The notes beneath the pieces were generated by a model. It had not been told where the DNA came from. It ran no database searches and saw only the letters and a list, made by a program, of their open reading frames with translations. Positions 42,516-52,909 of a stretch of DNA of 64,000 bases are shown piece by piece. Numbering within the stretch: the first letter of the stretch is position 1; every line of letters begins with the position of its first letter. This DNA comes from an uncultured delta proteobacterium (GTDB lineage Bacteria; Desulfobacterota; RBG-13-43-22). Both the position numbers and the translations under genes were made by a program. The stretch spans positions 16,880-80,879 of the forward strand of contig CAVQFQ010000019.1 of NCBI GenBank assembly GCA_963711835.1, read 5' to 3'.

Positions 42516-43622
42516 ATGTCCTTTTCCCCAAAAATTGACGAACTCATGAAGCAGGGGGTGGTGGAAGGGGTTTTCCCCGGCGCGGTTATATTGGCGGCTC
42601 TGGGCGAAAAGATCCTGATCCATCAGGCCTATGGGTATGCCGTCCTGAATCCTCAAAAAGAACCGGCGCATCTTTCCACGGTCTATGACCTGGCTTCACT
42701 GACCAAACCCCTGGCCACCAGCTTGGCCGTTATGGCCCTGATCCAGGAAGGGAAATTAAGGCTGGATCAAACCCTGTCTTCTCTGGGGCAAGGATTTATT
42801 TTTCCCGGGAAGGAAGCTATCACCGTCCGTCAACTCCTGGCTCATTCCTCAGGATTCCCGGCCTACCGGCCCTATTACATCCCTTATTCTCCGGAACAAA
42901 CCATTGACAAAGGCCGATTGAGAAGCCAGGTCGGCCAGGAAGCCCTGAGTTACCCGCCGGGTTGCGGAACCCTTTATAGCGATTTGGGATTTATTATCCT
43001 GGAAGGGATCATCGAGGAACTTTCCGGACAAGATTTGGACCTCTGGACCCGGGAGAACCTCTATAAACCCTTGGGCCTGGCCCGGTTAGGCTTTCGACCC
43101 AGGATGGGGGCGGTGGCGGTCGAATCGGAAGCCTATGCGGCTACAGAATATTGTTCCTGGCGAAAGAAAATTATTCGGGGTGAGGTTCATGATGAAAACA
43201 GCTTTGTCGTCGGGGGGATTTCCGGGCAGGCCGGACTTTTCGGCCGGGCCATAGACGTCTTTCACATCCTGAGGAGCTTGAAAAAGGTCTATGACGACCC
43301 CACAGACTCCGGGTTGTTTGAGGGACCTTTAGTCCGGGCTTTCTGGCAAAAACAGGAAGAACCGCTTGGAACGACCAGGGCCCTGGGTTTCGATACTCCG
43401 GCCGAGCGGGAATCCAGTGCCGGTCGTTATTTTTCACGCCGAAGCATCGGACATCTGGGATTTACCGGGACCTCTTTCTGGCTGGATTTGGAGACGGATC
43501 TGATGGTGGTCCTGTTATCCAATCGCATCCATCCCTCCCGGACCAATGAAAAGATCAAACTCTTCCGTCCTCTGATCCATGATCTTATTTTTACTGAAGT
43601 TTTTCAGCGTGAAAAACTTTGA
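42516..43622 (+). CDS. Serine hydrolase, beta-lactamase/transpeptidase-like (class C family)
   Basis: SLTKPLAT (SxxK), YSDLGF (YxN-like) and HLGFTGTS (K/H-T-G) motifs. Confidence 0.8.
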   Translation: MSFSPKIDELMKQGVVEGVFPGAVILAALGEKILIHQAYGYAVLNPQKEPAHLSTVYDLASLTKPLATSLAVMALIQEGKLRLDQTLSSLGQGFIFPGKEAITVRQLLAHSSGFPAYRPYYIPYSPEQTIDKGRLRSQVGQEALSYPPGCGTLYSDLGFIILEGIIEELSGQDLDLWTRENLYKPLGLARLGFRPRMGAVAVESEAYAATEYCSWRKKIIRGEVHDENSFVVGGISGQAGLFGRAIDVFHILRSLKKVYDDPTDSGLFEGPLVRAFWQKQEEPLGTTRALGFDTPAERESSAGRYFSRRSIGHLGFTGTSFWLDLETDLMVVLLSNRIHPSRTNEKIKLFRPLIHDLIFTEVFQREKL

Positions 43623-43767
43623 CTTCCTTTTCTCTTTACGATATTAATAATAATTTTTAGCCGTAAGGTCCTACAGAAGGGTTCTGACGATTTCGCTGGA
43701 CCCTGGTTATATACCCAGCCGGACAGAGGATGAAGCAGGAGTTCATTAACTCACGGAGGTTAAGGAC

Positions 43768-44943
43768 ATGGAAGAATTCAGGCGCATGACCCGCCTTCCC
43801 CCCTATGTTTTTGCGACGGTCAATGCCTTAAAAATGGATCTTCGCCGCCAGGGAGAGGACGTGGTGGATCTGGGTATGGGAAATCCGGACCTGGGTACTC
43901 CCAAACATATTGTGGACAAACTGCGCGAGGCGGCCCTAAAATCTCCTAACCATCGCTATTCGGCCTCCCGGGGGATCACCCGGCTTCGATCCGCCATCTC
44001 CGATTGGTACCGGCGGCGCTTCCAGGTGGAATTGGATCCGGAATCAGAAACCATCGTAACCATAGGGGCCAAGGAAGGCATCTCCCATCTGGTTTTGGCC
44101 ACCACCAGCCCGGGGGATGTGGTTTTTGCTCCAAATCCCACCTACCCGATCCATCCTTTTTCGGTTATCATCGCCGGCGGGGATTTGAGGAGTATTCCCT
44201 TGAGCCAGGATCGCGATTTTTTTGAGGACCTGCTCATTGCGACCAAACAGACCTGGCCCAGCCCCAAGATGCTGATCATTTCTTTTCCCCACAACCCGAC
44301 GACCATGGTCGTTGATCTGGGATTCTTTAAAAAAATCGTTGAGTTTGCCAGGGAACATACCATGATAGTTATTCATGATTTTGCCTATGCCGACCTGGTT
44401 TTTGACGGCTATAAAGCACCCAGTTTTCTACAGATTCCCGGGGCTAAAGAGGTTGGGGTGGAATTGTTTTCCCTTTCAAAAAGCTACAGCATGGCCGGCT
44501 GGCGGGTGGGGTTCGCCGTGGGCAATCCCCAATTGATTCACGCCCTGACCCGGATTAAGAGCTATCTGGATTACGGGGTCTTTCAGCCGATCCAGATTGC
44601 CTCCATTATTGCCCTGAACGGACCCCAGGAGTGCGTTCAGGATATCGTTGATACCTACAAGGAAAGAAGAGATACCCTGATCAGAGGGCTGAATAGGATA
44701 GGCTGGAAGGTCGAAAAACCCAAGGGCACCATGTTTGTCTGGGCCAAGATTCCCGAGCCTTTCCGGAAGATGGGATCAGTTGAATTTTCCAAGTTTCTGA
44801 TCCGGGAAGGGAAGGTGGCCGTTTCCCCGGGGCGGGGGTTTGGGGAGTACGGCGATGAGCATGTCCGGTTTGCTTTAGTGGAGAACTCCCATCGCATTAA
44901 GCAGGCCGTCCGCGGGATCAAAAAAGCTTTGAGCAAAGGCTGA
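43768..44943 (+). CDS. Pyridoxal-phosphate aminotransferase, class I (alanine/aspartate aminotransferase-like)
   Basis: [19 protein letters not shown]-like HNPTT and [14 protein letters not shown] (PLP lysine). Confidence 0.9.
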   Translation: MEEFRRMTRLPPYVFATVNALKMDLRRQGEDVVDLGMGNPDLGTPKHIVDKLREAALKSPNHRYSASRGITRLRSAISDWYRRRFQVELDPESETIVTIGAKEGISHLVLATTSPGDVVFAPNPTYPIHPFSVIIAGGDLRSIPLSQDRDFFEDLLIATKQTWPSPKMLIISFPHNPTTMVVDLGFFKKIVEFAREHTMIVIHDFAYADLVFDGYKAPSFLQIPGAKEVGVELFSLSKSYSMAGWRVGFAVGNPQLIHALTRIKSYLDYGVFQPIQIASIIALNGPQECVQDIVDTYKERRDTLIRGLNRIGWKVEKPKGTMFVWAKIPEPFRKMGSVEFSKFLIREGKVAVSPGRGFGEYGDEHVRFALVENSHRIKQAVRGIKKALSKG

Positions 44944-44974
44944 TCCGCAGGATCGGGCTGACTGAGAGGCCGAT

Positions 44975-46285
44975 ATGAAAGAGATACAGGTAGGTTTGAT
45001 TGGGTTGGGGACGGTCGGGACCGGGGTGGCCAAGATCCTTTTCGAAAAGGCGGAACACCTGCAGGCCATGGTCGGCCTTCCCCTGCGCTTAAAAAAAATC
45101 GCCGACCTTGATCTTGAGAAGGACCGGGGCCTGCCGATCCCCCAGGGAATACTGACCGACCGGGCCCAGGCTATTTTGGACGACCCGGATATCTCCATTG
45201 TAATCGAATTGATCGGAGGTCTGGAGCCGGCCGGGGCCTTTATCTTAGCGGCCCTGAAAAAAGGGAAACATGTGGTGACGGCCAACAAGGCCCTGCTGGC
45301 CCAAAAAGGGGACGAAATTTTTGAAGAGGCTGTTAGGAGCCGGGCCGATGTCGGCTTTGAAGCCAGCGTCTGCGGGGGCATACCGGTTATTCTGGCCTTG
45401 AAGCAGGGACTCGTGGCCAACGAAATCGAATCCATCCACGGCATTGTCAACGGCACATCCAATTATATTCTGACCCAGATGACCGAGGCCGGCCTGCCTT
45501 ATGAAGAGGCCTTAAAGGAAGCCCAGGCCAAGGGTTATGCCGAGGCGGATCCAACCCTGGATGTTGAAGGATGGGACACCTTCCACAAGTTGGCCATACT
45601 GATGCACCTGGCCTATGGTGCTCCCTTGGGGAAAGAGCCTATCTTCGTCGAGGGCATCACCGGCATTACTCCATTGGATATCACCTATGCCCGGGAATTC
45701 GGCTATCGCATCAAACTGCTGGCCGTTTGCCGCCAGGACGGCAATTTCCTGGAAGCCAGGGTCCATCCGGCCATGATTCCATCCGGCCATATGCTGGCCA
45801 ATGTTCAGGGGGCTTACAATGCCCTTTATATCCACGGGGACTCGGCGGGGGATATCTTGCTCTACGGCCAAGGGGCCGGGATGATGCCTACCGCCAGTGC
45901 CGTAGTCAGTGACCTGGTCGAGATTGGTCGCAACCTGGCCAACGGGATCGCCCGGAGGATCCCTCCGGCTTTGTCGGCCCGGGGATTTCAGAAAAAGGGC
46001 CTGGCCCTGAAGCCTTTTTCTGAGGTGGTGGCCCGGTATTATATTCGGTTTTCCGCTTTGGATAGTCCCGGCGTTCTCTCTTCGATTTCCGGCATCTTGG
46101 GCTCCCATCGCATCAGTATTGCCTCGGTCATTCAAAAAGGCCGGGGAATAAGCAGTTCGGTTCCCATTGTTATGATGAGCCACGAGGCCAAAGAGTCGGA
46201 TGTCCAGGAAGCCATCAAAGAAATCGACCGGCTGCCGGTCATTACCAGCCGAACCGTCATTATTCGGGTGGAAGCGCCGGAATAA
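44975..46285 (+). CDS. hom: Homoserine dehydrogenase
   Basis: VGLIGLGTVGTGV, VVTANKALLA, GIVNGTSNYILT and a C-terminal ACT domain. Confidence 0.95.
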   Translation: MKEIQVGLIGLGTVGTGVAKILFEKAEHLQAMVGLPLRLKKIADLDLEKDRGLPIPQGILTDRAQAILDDPDISIVIELIGGLEPAGAFILAALKKGKHVVTANKALLAQKGDEIFEEAVRSRADVGFEASVCGGIPVILALKQGLVANEIESIHGIVNGTSNYILTQMTEAGLPYEEALKEAQAKGYAEADPTLDVEGWDTFHKLAILMHLAYGAPLGKEPIFVEGITGITPLDITYAREFGYRIKLLAVCRQDGNFLEARVHPAMIPSGHMLANVQGAYNALYIHGDSAGDILLYGQGAGMMPTASAVVSDLVEIGRNLANGIARRIPPALSARGFQKKGLALKPFSEVVARYYIRFSALDSPGVLSSISGILGSHRISIASVIQKGRGISSSVPIVMMSHEAKESDVQEAIKEIDRLPVITSRTVIIRVEAPE

Positions 46286-46300
46286 AAAATCAGGGCTGAC

Positions 46301-47530
46301 ATGGCGCGAAAATATATCATTCTGGTTGGAGATGGGATGGGGGATTATCCCCAGGAAGCCCTGGGAGGGAAGACGCCTTTGGAAGCGGCTTACACGCCGC
46401 ATATGGACGCCATTGCCTCAAAGGGGATTATGGGCTGGGTGCAGACTATTCCGCCCGAGTGCGAACCGGGCAGCGACATTGCCAATCTCTCCATCTTGGG
46501 TTATGACCCTCTCCAGTATCACCGGGGCCGGGCCCCCTTTGAGGCCCTCAGTATGGGCCTCTCTTTGAAAGACCATGAGGTGGCTTTCCGCTGCAATCTG
46601 GTTTTTCTGGATCATTCGGAGAAAGGGCCCATTACCATGGGCTCTTACAGTGCCGGCCATATTTCGACGGAAGAGGCTAAGTCCATCATCACGGATTTGA
46701 ACGTCTTTTTCCAGGGAGGCCCGGTATCTTTTTACCCGGGTGTCGGTTATCGCCATATTGTCATCTGGGAAGGAGCGGATCCGGCCATTAAGACCCTGCC
46801 GCCCCACGACCTGACCGGCCAGAAGGTTACCGAGTATCTTCAGGCCGAAGGACCCCTGGCTCCTGTGGTTACGCTTATGCGCCGGTCCTGGCCTTTTCTA
46901 AAGGACCACCCCATCAATAAGGCCAGGAAAGAAAGGGGACTTCTCCCGGCCAATTCGATCTGGTTGTGGGGGCAGGGCTGCCGTCCCAGGATGCCTCTGT
47001 TCCCGGACCGCTTCGGCATCCGGGGAGGCATGATCTCGGCCGTGGATTTGTTAAAAGGGTTGGGCCTGGCAGCCGGGTTGGAATCCTTGCCGGTTCCGGG
47101 GATAACCGGTTACCTGGATACCAATTATAAGGGGAAGGCTGAAAAAGCCCTGGAGGCCCTTCAGGAAAAGGACCTGGTTTTTCTTCATGTCGAGGCCCCG
47201 GACGAAGCTTCCCATGAGGGGAGTCTGGAGAAAAAATTAAAAGCCATTGAGGACTTCGACCGGGAAGTGGTGGGGCCTGTGCTGGAAGGGCTTTCTCAGG
47301 GGGGACCTTTTTCCCTGCTGGTCCTGACCGATCATTTCACTCCCCTGGAGGTGATGACCCATACCAGGGAGCCGGCTCCTCTGGGTCTGCTCAGGTCGGA
47401 AGACGAGAAAAATCCAAAAATGAACAGGGGCTATTCGGAAAGATCCGCTTTGGAAGGGGAGGCCGCCTTTCCCAAAGGGGACGATCTGATGCCCTGGTTT
47501 ATACAAAGAGGCCTGAGGCCCAAGGCTTAA
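46301..47530 (+). CDS. Cofactor-independent phosphoglycerate mutase family protein (archaeal ApgM type), possibly a non-canonical homoserine kinase
   Basis: 409 aa. KYIILVGDGMGDYP, HVEAPDEASHEG and LVLTDHFTP are metalloenzyme-superfamily ApgM motifs. It starts 16 nt after hom. Confidence 0.8.
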   Translation: MARKYIILVGDGMGDYPQEALGGKTPLEAAYTPHMDAIASKGIMGWVQTIPPECEPGSDIANLSILGYDPLQYHRGRAPFEALSMGLSLKDHEVAFRCNLVFLDHSEKGPITMGSYSAGHISTEEAKSIITDLNVFFQGGPVSFYPGVGYRHIVIWEGADPAIKTLPPHDLTGQKVTEYLQAEGPLAPVVTLMRRSWPFLKDHPINKARKERGLLPANSIWLWGQGCRPRMPLFPDRFGIRGGMISAVDLLKGLGLAAGLESLPVPGITGYLDTNYKGKAEKALEALQEKDLVFLHVEAPDEASHEGSLEKKLKAIEDFDREVVGPVLEGLSQGGPFSLLVLTDHFTPLEVMTHTREPAPLGLLRSEDEKNPKMNRGYSERSALEGEAAFPKGDDLMPWFIQRGLRPKA

Positions 47531-47561
47531 GGTTCAAGGGAAAACAAGGACGAACTTCTCT

Positions 47562-47963
47562 ATGAAATATTTTACCACTACCTATCGGGTTATTTACGGC
47601 GACGTCGATTCCATGAAAGTGGCCTACTATGCCAATTATTTACGCTGGTTTGAAATCGGCCGGACGGAGCTGATCCGCGATTTGGGATTGCCCTATGCCG
47701 AGATAGAAGCCAGGGGATACCTGCTGCCGGTCACCGAAGCCTACTGCAAATATGTCAAATCGGCCCATTATGATGAAAAGCTGCTGATCCAGACCGGGGT
47801 CAAATTCGTCCGCAAGGTTTCGATGCGTTTTGATTACCGGATCCTGAATCAGGAAAACGAGCTGCTGGTAGAGGGCCACACGGTGCATGCCTGTCTGGAT
47901 AAAGAAGGCAAATTTGCCCGGCTCCCGGAACCCCTCTTTGATCTGTTAAATAAATGGGATTGA
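47562..47963 (+). CDS. Acyl-CoA thioesterase, 4HBT/YbgC family
   Basis: 133 aa. YRVIYGDVDSMKVAYYANYLRWFEIGRTELIRDLG is a hotdog-fold YbgC-like signature. Confidence 0.85.
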   Translation: MKYFTTTYRVIYGDVDSMKVAYYANYLRWFEIGRTELIRDLGLPYAEIEARGYLLPVTEAYCKYVKSAHYDEKLLIQTGVKFVRKVSMRFDYRILNQENELLVEGHTVHACLDKEGKFARLPEPLFDLLNKWD

Positions 47964-48045
47964 AATTCCGGATTACGGTTCCGGCGTATTGCGCTTGACA
48001 TTTATAGGGAATAGTGAAAAAAATTTTATGAGTAATGCCATTCAT

Positions 48046-48367
48046 CGGTATCGTTCAAAAGTTGTGGCATTATATTTTTGATACACGATAGAAGGGGACC
48101 GGGGGTCTTGATTTCAAGGTTGTCCACCATAAACTCCTCACCTTGAAATCCCGCTTTTAGCGGGGCTGGAAGGGTGACGGTAATGCCTTAAGCAGGCCTT
48201 CACCAAAGCTGTTTGTCCGGTTGGGTGAATGCCCGGCTCTAAACCACCCTTAGAAATCAGGGCCGGATTGGTGGGAAGGATCACCCTTTGGACAAGCCTT
48301 GAAATCAAGACCCCCGGTCCCCCAGTCAGGAAATAATGCGCCAATGCCAAAATTTTTTAACGATACT
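48046..48367 (+). mobile_element. Palindromic structured element, copy C (core 48094-48322), flanked by direct repeat CATTCAT
   Basis: Arms are GGGGACCGGGGGTCTTGATTTCAAGGTTGTCCA / TGGACAAGCCTTGAAATCAAGACCCCCGGTCCCC (one bulge). The outer repeat GTATCGTTCAAAAGTTGTGGCA faces TGCCAAAATTTTTTAACGATAC. CATTCAT occurs at 48039-48045 and 48368-48374. Confidence 0.7.
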
Positions 48368-48392
48368 CATTCATTAGGATAAGGAATAAAAC

Positions 48393-50987
48393 ATGCTTAA
48401 AAAAATTCGCTGGAAATTTACTCTGATTGCCGTGCTGGTGGCCGTATCCATCCTTTTTATTATCCCCTCCCTGACTAAAAATTTTCCTTCCTGGTGGAAA
48501 CCGATTCTGCCCTCGGAAGGCATGCGTTTGGGTCTGGATTTGCAGGGCGGGATGCACCTGATCCTGAAGGTGGATTTAATCAAGGCTACCCGCAACCATC
48601 TGGAACTGGTCCAGCAGGATTTACGGGAAACCCTGAGGAAAAAGCAGGTCCCGGCCAGCCGGGGAGAGGTTGCCGGAGACAACCGGCTCAGTTTTCTGAT
48701 CCCCAACGCCGACCACTTGGCCCAGGTTCAAAAAACCATTAAGGAAGAATTCCCCAGCTTAACTCTCATCGCCACCCTGCCCAAACAGGAAGGGGTGCAG
48801 CTGGATATTGCTCTCAAGGAAAAAGAGATCAAGTCCATTACTGAGAATGCCCTTTCCCAGAGCCTGGAAATCATCCGCAACCGGATTGATCAGTTCGGGG
48901 TTACCGAGCCGACGATTGTGCGGCAGGGATCGGATGAGATCGTGGTTCAGTTGCCCGGGGTCAAGGATCCCCAAAGGGCCATGGATCTTATCGGCCGGAC
49001 CGCCCAGTTGGAATTTAAACTGGTGGATGCCGAGACCAAACTGGACCTGGCCGGCCTCATCGAACAGGCCGTTAGCAGCGGCAAGCTTAAAAGTGAATAC
49101 GGCCATGCCGACCTGAACCTGGCTCTGAAAGATGCGCTCCCGCTGGAAAGGGAAATCTTTATTCGAAAAGAGGTCAACCGGGAAACCGGCCGGGTCAGCC
49201 GGGTGCCGGTCTTGCTCTTTACCAAGACGTTGATGACCGGCGATGCCATCAAGACCGCCCAGGTTCAGATCGGAGGAAATTTTAACGAGCCCTATGTCAG
49301 CGTGACGCTGAATACCCATGGCAGCCGGGTTTTCGACCAGGTCACCCGGGACAATGTGGGCCGCCAGTTAGCCATTGTTCTGGATCAGGTGGTCCAATCG
49401 GCGCCGGTAATCCAGGAAAGGATATCCGGCGGCCAGGCCCAGATTACCGGCTCCTTCAGCATGGAAGAGGCCACCGATCTGGCTATCGTCCTGCGGGCCG
49501 GGGCCTTGCCGGCTCCGGTGCACATCGTTCAAAATGTAACTGTAGGCCCGTCTCTGGGGCTGGATTCCATCAACAAAGGTTTCCTGTCGGGTCTGGTGGG
49601 GACGGCCCTGGTCGTCTTGTTCATGATGTATTACTACCGTTTTTCCGGCCTGGTGGCCAACCTGGCCCTGTTCTTAAATGTGATTTTTATGATGGCTGCT
49701 TTGGGAATATTCCGGGCCACCCTGACCCTGCCCGGGATTGCCGGGATCATCCTCTCCATCGGAATGGCGGTGGATTCAAACGTCCTGATCTTTGAACGGA
49801 TGCGGGAGGAATTCCATGCCGGAAAGCCGGTCAAGTCCGGGGTGGACGGCGGTTATGACAAGGCTTTCTGGACCATCATCGATTCCCATGTTACAACTCT
49901 GATCACGGCCTTCGCCCTCTTTCTCTTCGGCTCGGGGCCAATTAAGGGCTTTGCCGTGACCTTGAGTATCGGCGTGATCTTTAACCTTTTCACCGCCCTT
50001 TTTTGCACCAGGGTGGTTTATGATTATCTCAGCGTCAAGCGGCGTCTCAAGGCCCTGCGCTTCGTGGAATTTATCAAGAAATCCCAAATCGATTTTATCG
50101 GCCTGAGGAAATACGCTTTTATCCTGTCCGGGATCCTGGTCCTGATCGGGATTATCGCCTTTGTTCAGATCAATCGGGGCGAGGCCAACCTGGGAGTGGA
50201 TTTTTCCGGAGGGACCATGGTCCAGTTCAAGGCCGCTCAATCCTTCCGGCTGGATAAAGTCCGCATGGCTTTAGTCCAAAGGGGTTTTAAGGATGCCGAA
50301 CTGCAGCAGGTGGCCAATGAAAATATTCTGATTGTGCGGACCAAGAAAGCTGAACAGTCGGTCGGCAAGGAGGCCGAGGCCATCGGCAAGGCCCTGCAGG
50401 AGGACTTCCCGGAACTCAAATTCGCCATGGAGAGCAAGGCCGAGATCGGGGCCTCGGTCAGCAGCGCCTTAAAGAAGGCGGCCCTGATCGCCATTGCCAT
50501 TTCCCTGGCGGGGATCATCATCTACCTGGGCTGGCGATTTGAACTGCGCTTCGGGGTGGCGGCCGCCATCGCCACCTTTCATGATGTCCTGGCCGTATTG
50601 GGGATCTTCTATCTGCTGGACAAGGAAATCACCCTGCTCATCATCACCGCTTTATTAACCCTGGCCGGGTATTCCCTGACCGATACCGTAGTGGTCTTTG
50701 ACCGTATCCGGGAAACCATGGGCCGCGGCGGCAAAAGGACCTTCGGGGAGATCATCAACATCAGCATCAACGAAGTCCTTTCGCGGACCATCATTACTTC
50801 CCTGACCGTCTTCCTGGTGGTCCTGGCCCTCTTCTTCCTGGGCGGGGTGGTCATCCATGATTTTGCCCTGGCCCTGCTCCTGGGGGTGGTGATCGGCACC
50901 TATTCCTCCATCTTTGTGGCTTCTCCTATTGTCTTTCACTGGCCGGGAAAGAAACAGAGAGGGAAGAGGGGAAGAAGCAAGAAATAA
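48393..50987 (+). CDS. secDF: Protein translocase subunit SecDF (fused SecD-SecF)
   Basis: 864 aa. GLDLQGGMHL and the first periplasmic domain, followed by two 6-TM halves. Confidence 0.95.
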   Translation: MLKKIRWKFTLIAVLVAVSILFIIPSLTKNFPSWWKPILPSEGMRLGLDLQGGMHLILKVDLIKATRNHLELVQQDLRETLRKKQVPASRGEVAGDNRLSFLIPNADHLAQVQKTIKEEFPSLTLIATLPKQEGVQLDIALKEKEIKSITENALSQSLEIIRNRIDQFGVTEPTIVRQGSDEIVVQLPGVKDPQRAMDLIGRTAQLEFKLVDAETKLDLAGLIEQAVSSGKLKSEYGHADLNLALKDALPLEREIFIRKEVNRETGRVSRVPVLLFTKTLMTGDAIKTAQVQIGGNFNEPYVSVTLNTHGSRVFDQVTRDNVGRQLAIVLDQVVQSAPVIQERISGGQAQITGSFSMEEATDLAIVLRAGALPAPVHIVQNVTVGPSLGLDSINKGFLSGLVGTALVVLFMMYYYRFSGLVANLALFLNVIFMMAALGIFRATLTLPGIAGIILSIGMAVDSNVLIFERMREEFHAGKPVKSGVDGGYDKAFWTIIDSHVTTLITAFALFLFGSGPIKGFAVTLSIGVIFNLFTALFCTRVVYDYLSVKRRLKALRFVEFIKKSQIDFIGLRKYAFILSGILVLIGIIAFVQINRGEANLGVDFSGGTMVQFKAAQSFRLDKVRMALVQRGFKDAELQQVANENILIVRTKKAEQSVGKEAEAIGKALQEDFPELKFAMESKAEIGASVSSALKKAALIAIAISLAGIIIYLGWRFELRFGVAAAIATFHDVLAVLGIFYLLDKEITLLIITALLTLAGYSLTDTVVVFDRIRETMGRGGKRTFGEIINISINEVLSRTIITSLTVFLVVLALFFLGGVVIHDFALALLLGVVIGTYSSIFVASPIVFHWPGKKQRGKRGRSKK

Positions 50988-51013
50988 AGAATTAGGATAA
51001 ACAAAGGCATTAT

Positions 51014-51134
51014 CGGAAATTCGAAATCCGAAACAAATCCTAATGATCAAAACTCAAAATTCAAAACGTTTGGTTTTGATAATTGAAATTTGAAAATTTG
51101 TGCTTGTTTCGGATTTCATGCTTCGAATTTCGAG
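51014..51134. repeat. Long AT-rich imperfect hairpin of low-complexity words between convergent secDF and cytochrome b genes (possible bidirectional terminator)
   Basis: CGGAAATTCGAAATCCGAAACAA pairs with TTGTTTCGGATTTCATGCTTCGAATTTCG. The inner GATCAAAAC...GTTTTGAT segments are also complementary. Confidence 0.5.
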
Positions 51135-51224
51135 TTTAAGAAACAGGGGAGGTTGACTACATTTTCTAACTCGGCATCCGGCATCAGACACCAAGCATCG
51201 GATATCCCCGTCACTTGTCACACA

Positions 51225-51863
51225 CTAAAGCGGTTTTCCCGCCAAGCCGTCCTTTCTCACCCTCCAGAAATGATAAAAAATCAACAGGATCATCAGCCCG
51301 GGCAGGATCAGGCAGTGGAAGAGGTAAAAACGGATAGCCGTCAGGGCGCCTATCTCCGGACCACCCACTAATAAAATATAGAGAGGCTTGCCCAACAAGG
51401 GGATTTCACGAACCAGTTGGGTGGCCACCTGCAGGGCGGCAAAGGTATCGGCATCCCAACGCAGTACATAGCCGGTAAAATCAATCAACAGGGTTAACAG
51501 GAAGAGACAAAGACCCACCCACCAGTTGAGCTGCCGCGGGGGCCGGTAGGCCCGGTAATAAAAGACCCGGATCATGTGGAGCATAAGGGCCAGGACCATA
51601 AGTTGACCGGACCAGTAGTGAAAAGTGCGCAGGAAGCCCCCGTAGGGAACCAGATAGGTGATCCGGGTGATGCTGGGATAGGCCCGGTCCTGAACAGGCA
51701 GATAATAAAAAGCCAATAGAATGCCGCTTAAAATCAGCAGGAAAAAAAGAAAGAAAGTGGATCCTCCCAAACAGAAGGTGTAGCTGAAGCGGATGCTCTC
51801 TGGCGGGAGCTTCAAAGGATGCAGGTGCTTCCAGAAGCTGTCTTCGAGGTATCCTTTTTTCAT
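51225..51863 (-). CDS. Cytochrome b (b6-like N-terminal four-helix unit)
   Basis: 212 aa. FLRTFHYWSGQLMVLALMLHMIRVFY and RFYLFHCLILPGLMILLIFYHFW carry the paired haem-ligand histidines. Confidence 0.9.
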   Translation of the reverse strand: MKKGYLEDSFWKHLHPLKLPPESIRFSYTFCLGGSTFFLFFLLILSGILLAFYYLPVQDRAYPSITRITYLVPYGGFLRTFHYWSGQLMVLALMLHMIRVFYYRAYRPPRQLNWWVGLCLFLLTLLIDFTGYVLRWDADTFAALQVATQLVREIPLLGKPLYILLVGGPEIGALTAIRFYLFHCLILPGLMILLIFYHFWRVRKDGLAGKPL

Positions 51864-52333
51864 AAATTAACCCGAAAAGCCTGATCCACTATTCGGCCGG
51901 TATCGGCCCAGAGCGTTTTTTTCCCGTCCAGCCAAAGGAAGGGCCGGGAGAGGGGACGCGTTGCCGGTCCCTTGGTCGGGAAACCCTGGAGGTCGAAGCG
52001 GCTGCCGTGACAGGGGCAGATCAATAGCTTGCTGGTTTGATCCAGCGCCGGCCGGCAGCCTAGATGGGTGCAGATGTTGGAAAGGGCATACCAGCCTCGT
52101 TCATCTTGAATCAACCAGAGGCCCTGTGCAAAATGCCAAGGGGTTTTTGATTGGGCCAGGGCTTGGGAACCGATTACCGGAAATTTGGCGGGCCTGTCCG
52201 GCATGGCCGGAGAAAAAAGAAAGGAAACCCCCTGCTTCAATAGGAGATAAACCGATCCCGCCCCGGCCAGCAGGCCCAGCGTTAAAAAGATCCTTCGGGA
52301 AAATCGGGAATCAAAGGGGGGAAGAAATCTCAA
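51860..52333 (-). CDS. Rieske 2Fe-2S protein with Tat-type signal
   Basis: SRRIFL twin-arginine motif and CTHLGC...CPCHGS cluster boxes. The stop overlaps the cytochrome b start. Confidence 0.9.
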   Translation of the reverse strand: MRFLPPFDSRFSRRIFLTLGLLAGAGSVYLLLKQGVSFLFSPAMPDRPAKFPVIGSQALAQSKTPWHFAQGLWLIQDERGWYALSNICTHLGCRPALDQTSKLLICPCHGSRFDLQGFPTKGPATRPLSRPFLWLDGKKTLWADTGRIVDQAFRVNL

Positions 52334-52527
52334 AGTTGACTCTGTTCAGAATTTCTTTTTTTAGGTATAATTTCCTTAAAAGTAAATCCCGGCTCTGCCG
52401 GAGGAATCCCTGAGGTTGACAAATCTCCCTCAATCCCCCTTCCCAAAGGGGAAAGTTTCCCCTCCCTTTGAAAAAGGCAGGTCGGGAAGGATTTACAAGG
52501 CCTTTTGTTTTTTTAAAATATTATTCC

Positions 52528-52905
52528 ATGGAAAACAAGGAAGAAAGAATAACCCGCGATCAGCTCCTGTTCAAGGAATTCATCGCCCTTCTGGTTTTAT
52601 TGTTTTTCTGCTGCTGGCTGGCGGTCTGGGTTCCCGCCCCTTTGTCCCAGCCGGGAGGAGAGATGCTACCTCCCGGGGTGACGGTTCAGGCCCCCTGGAT
52701 CTTCGCCGGCCTGCAGACCTTGCTGCTCTATTTCCATCCCCTTGTGGCAGGTCTTGTCTTTCCCCTGGTCGTACTCCTCTTCCTGGTCCTATTGCCCCTG
52801 GAGGCCAAAACCCGACTCCACCCCGCCCTGACGCGAATTCTTTTCGCCCTCCTCCTACTGGGAGGAATCGCCCTTACCCTTTATGGTCTTTTTCGAATAA
52901 AATGA
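52528..52905 (+). CDS. Small three-TM membrane protein resembling cytochrome b C-terminal part / b6f subunit IV
   Basis: ATG 52528 inside track ORF 52468-52905. VQAPWIFAGLQTLL resembles the PEWY-loop region of subunit IV. It is divergent from the Rieske gene. Confidence 0.55.
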   Translation: MENKEERITRDQLLFKEFIALLVLLFFCCWLAVWVPAPLSQPGGEMLPPGVTVQAPWIFAGLQTLLLYFHPLVAGLVFPLVVLLFLVLLPLEAKTRLHPALTRILFALLLLGGIALTLYGLFRIK

Positions 52906-52909
52906 TCGG

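Noticed and set aside
45512-46402. 296-aa minus-strand ORF
   Set aside because: It is antisense to homoserine dehydrogenase. It is a mirror-frame artefact typical of GC-skewed codon usage, with no motifs.
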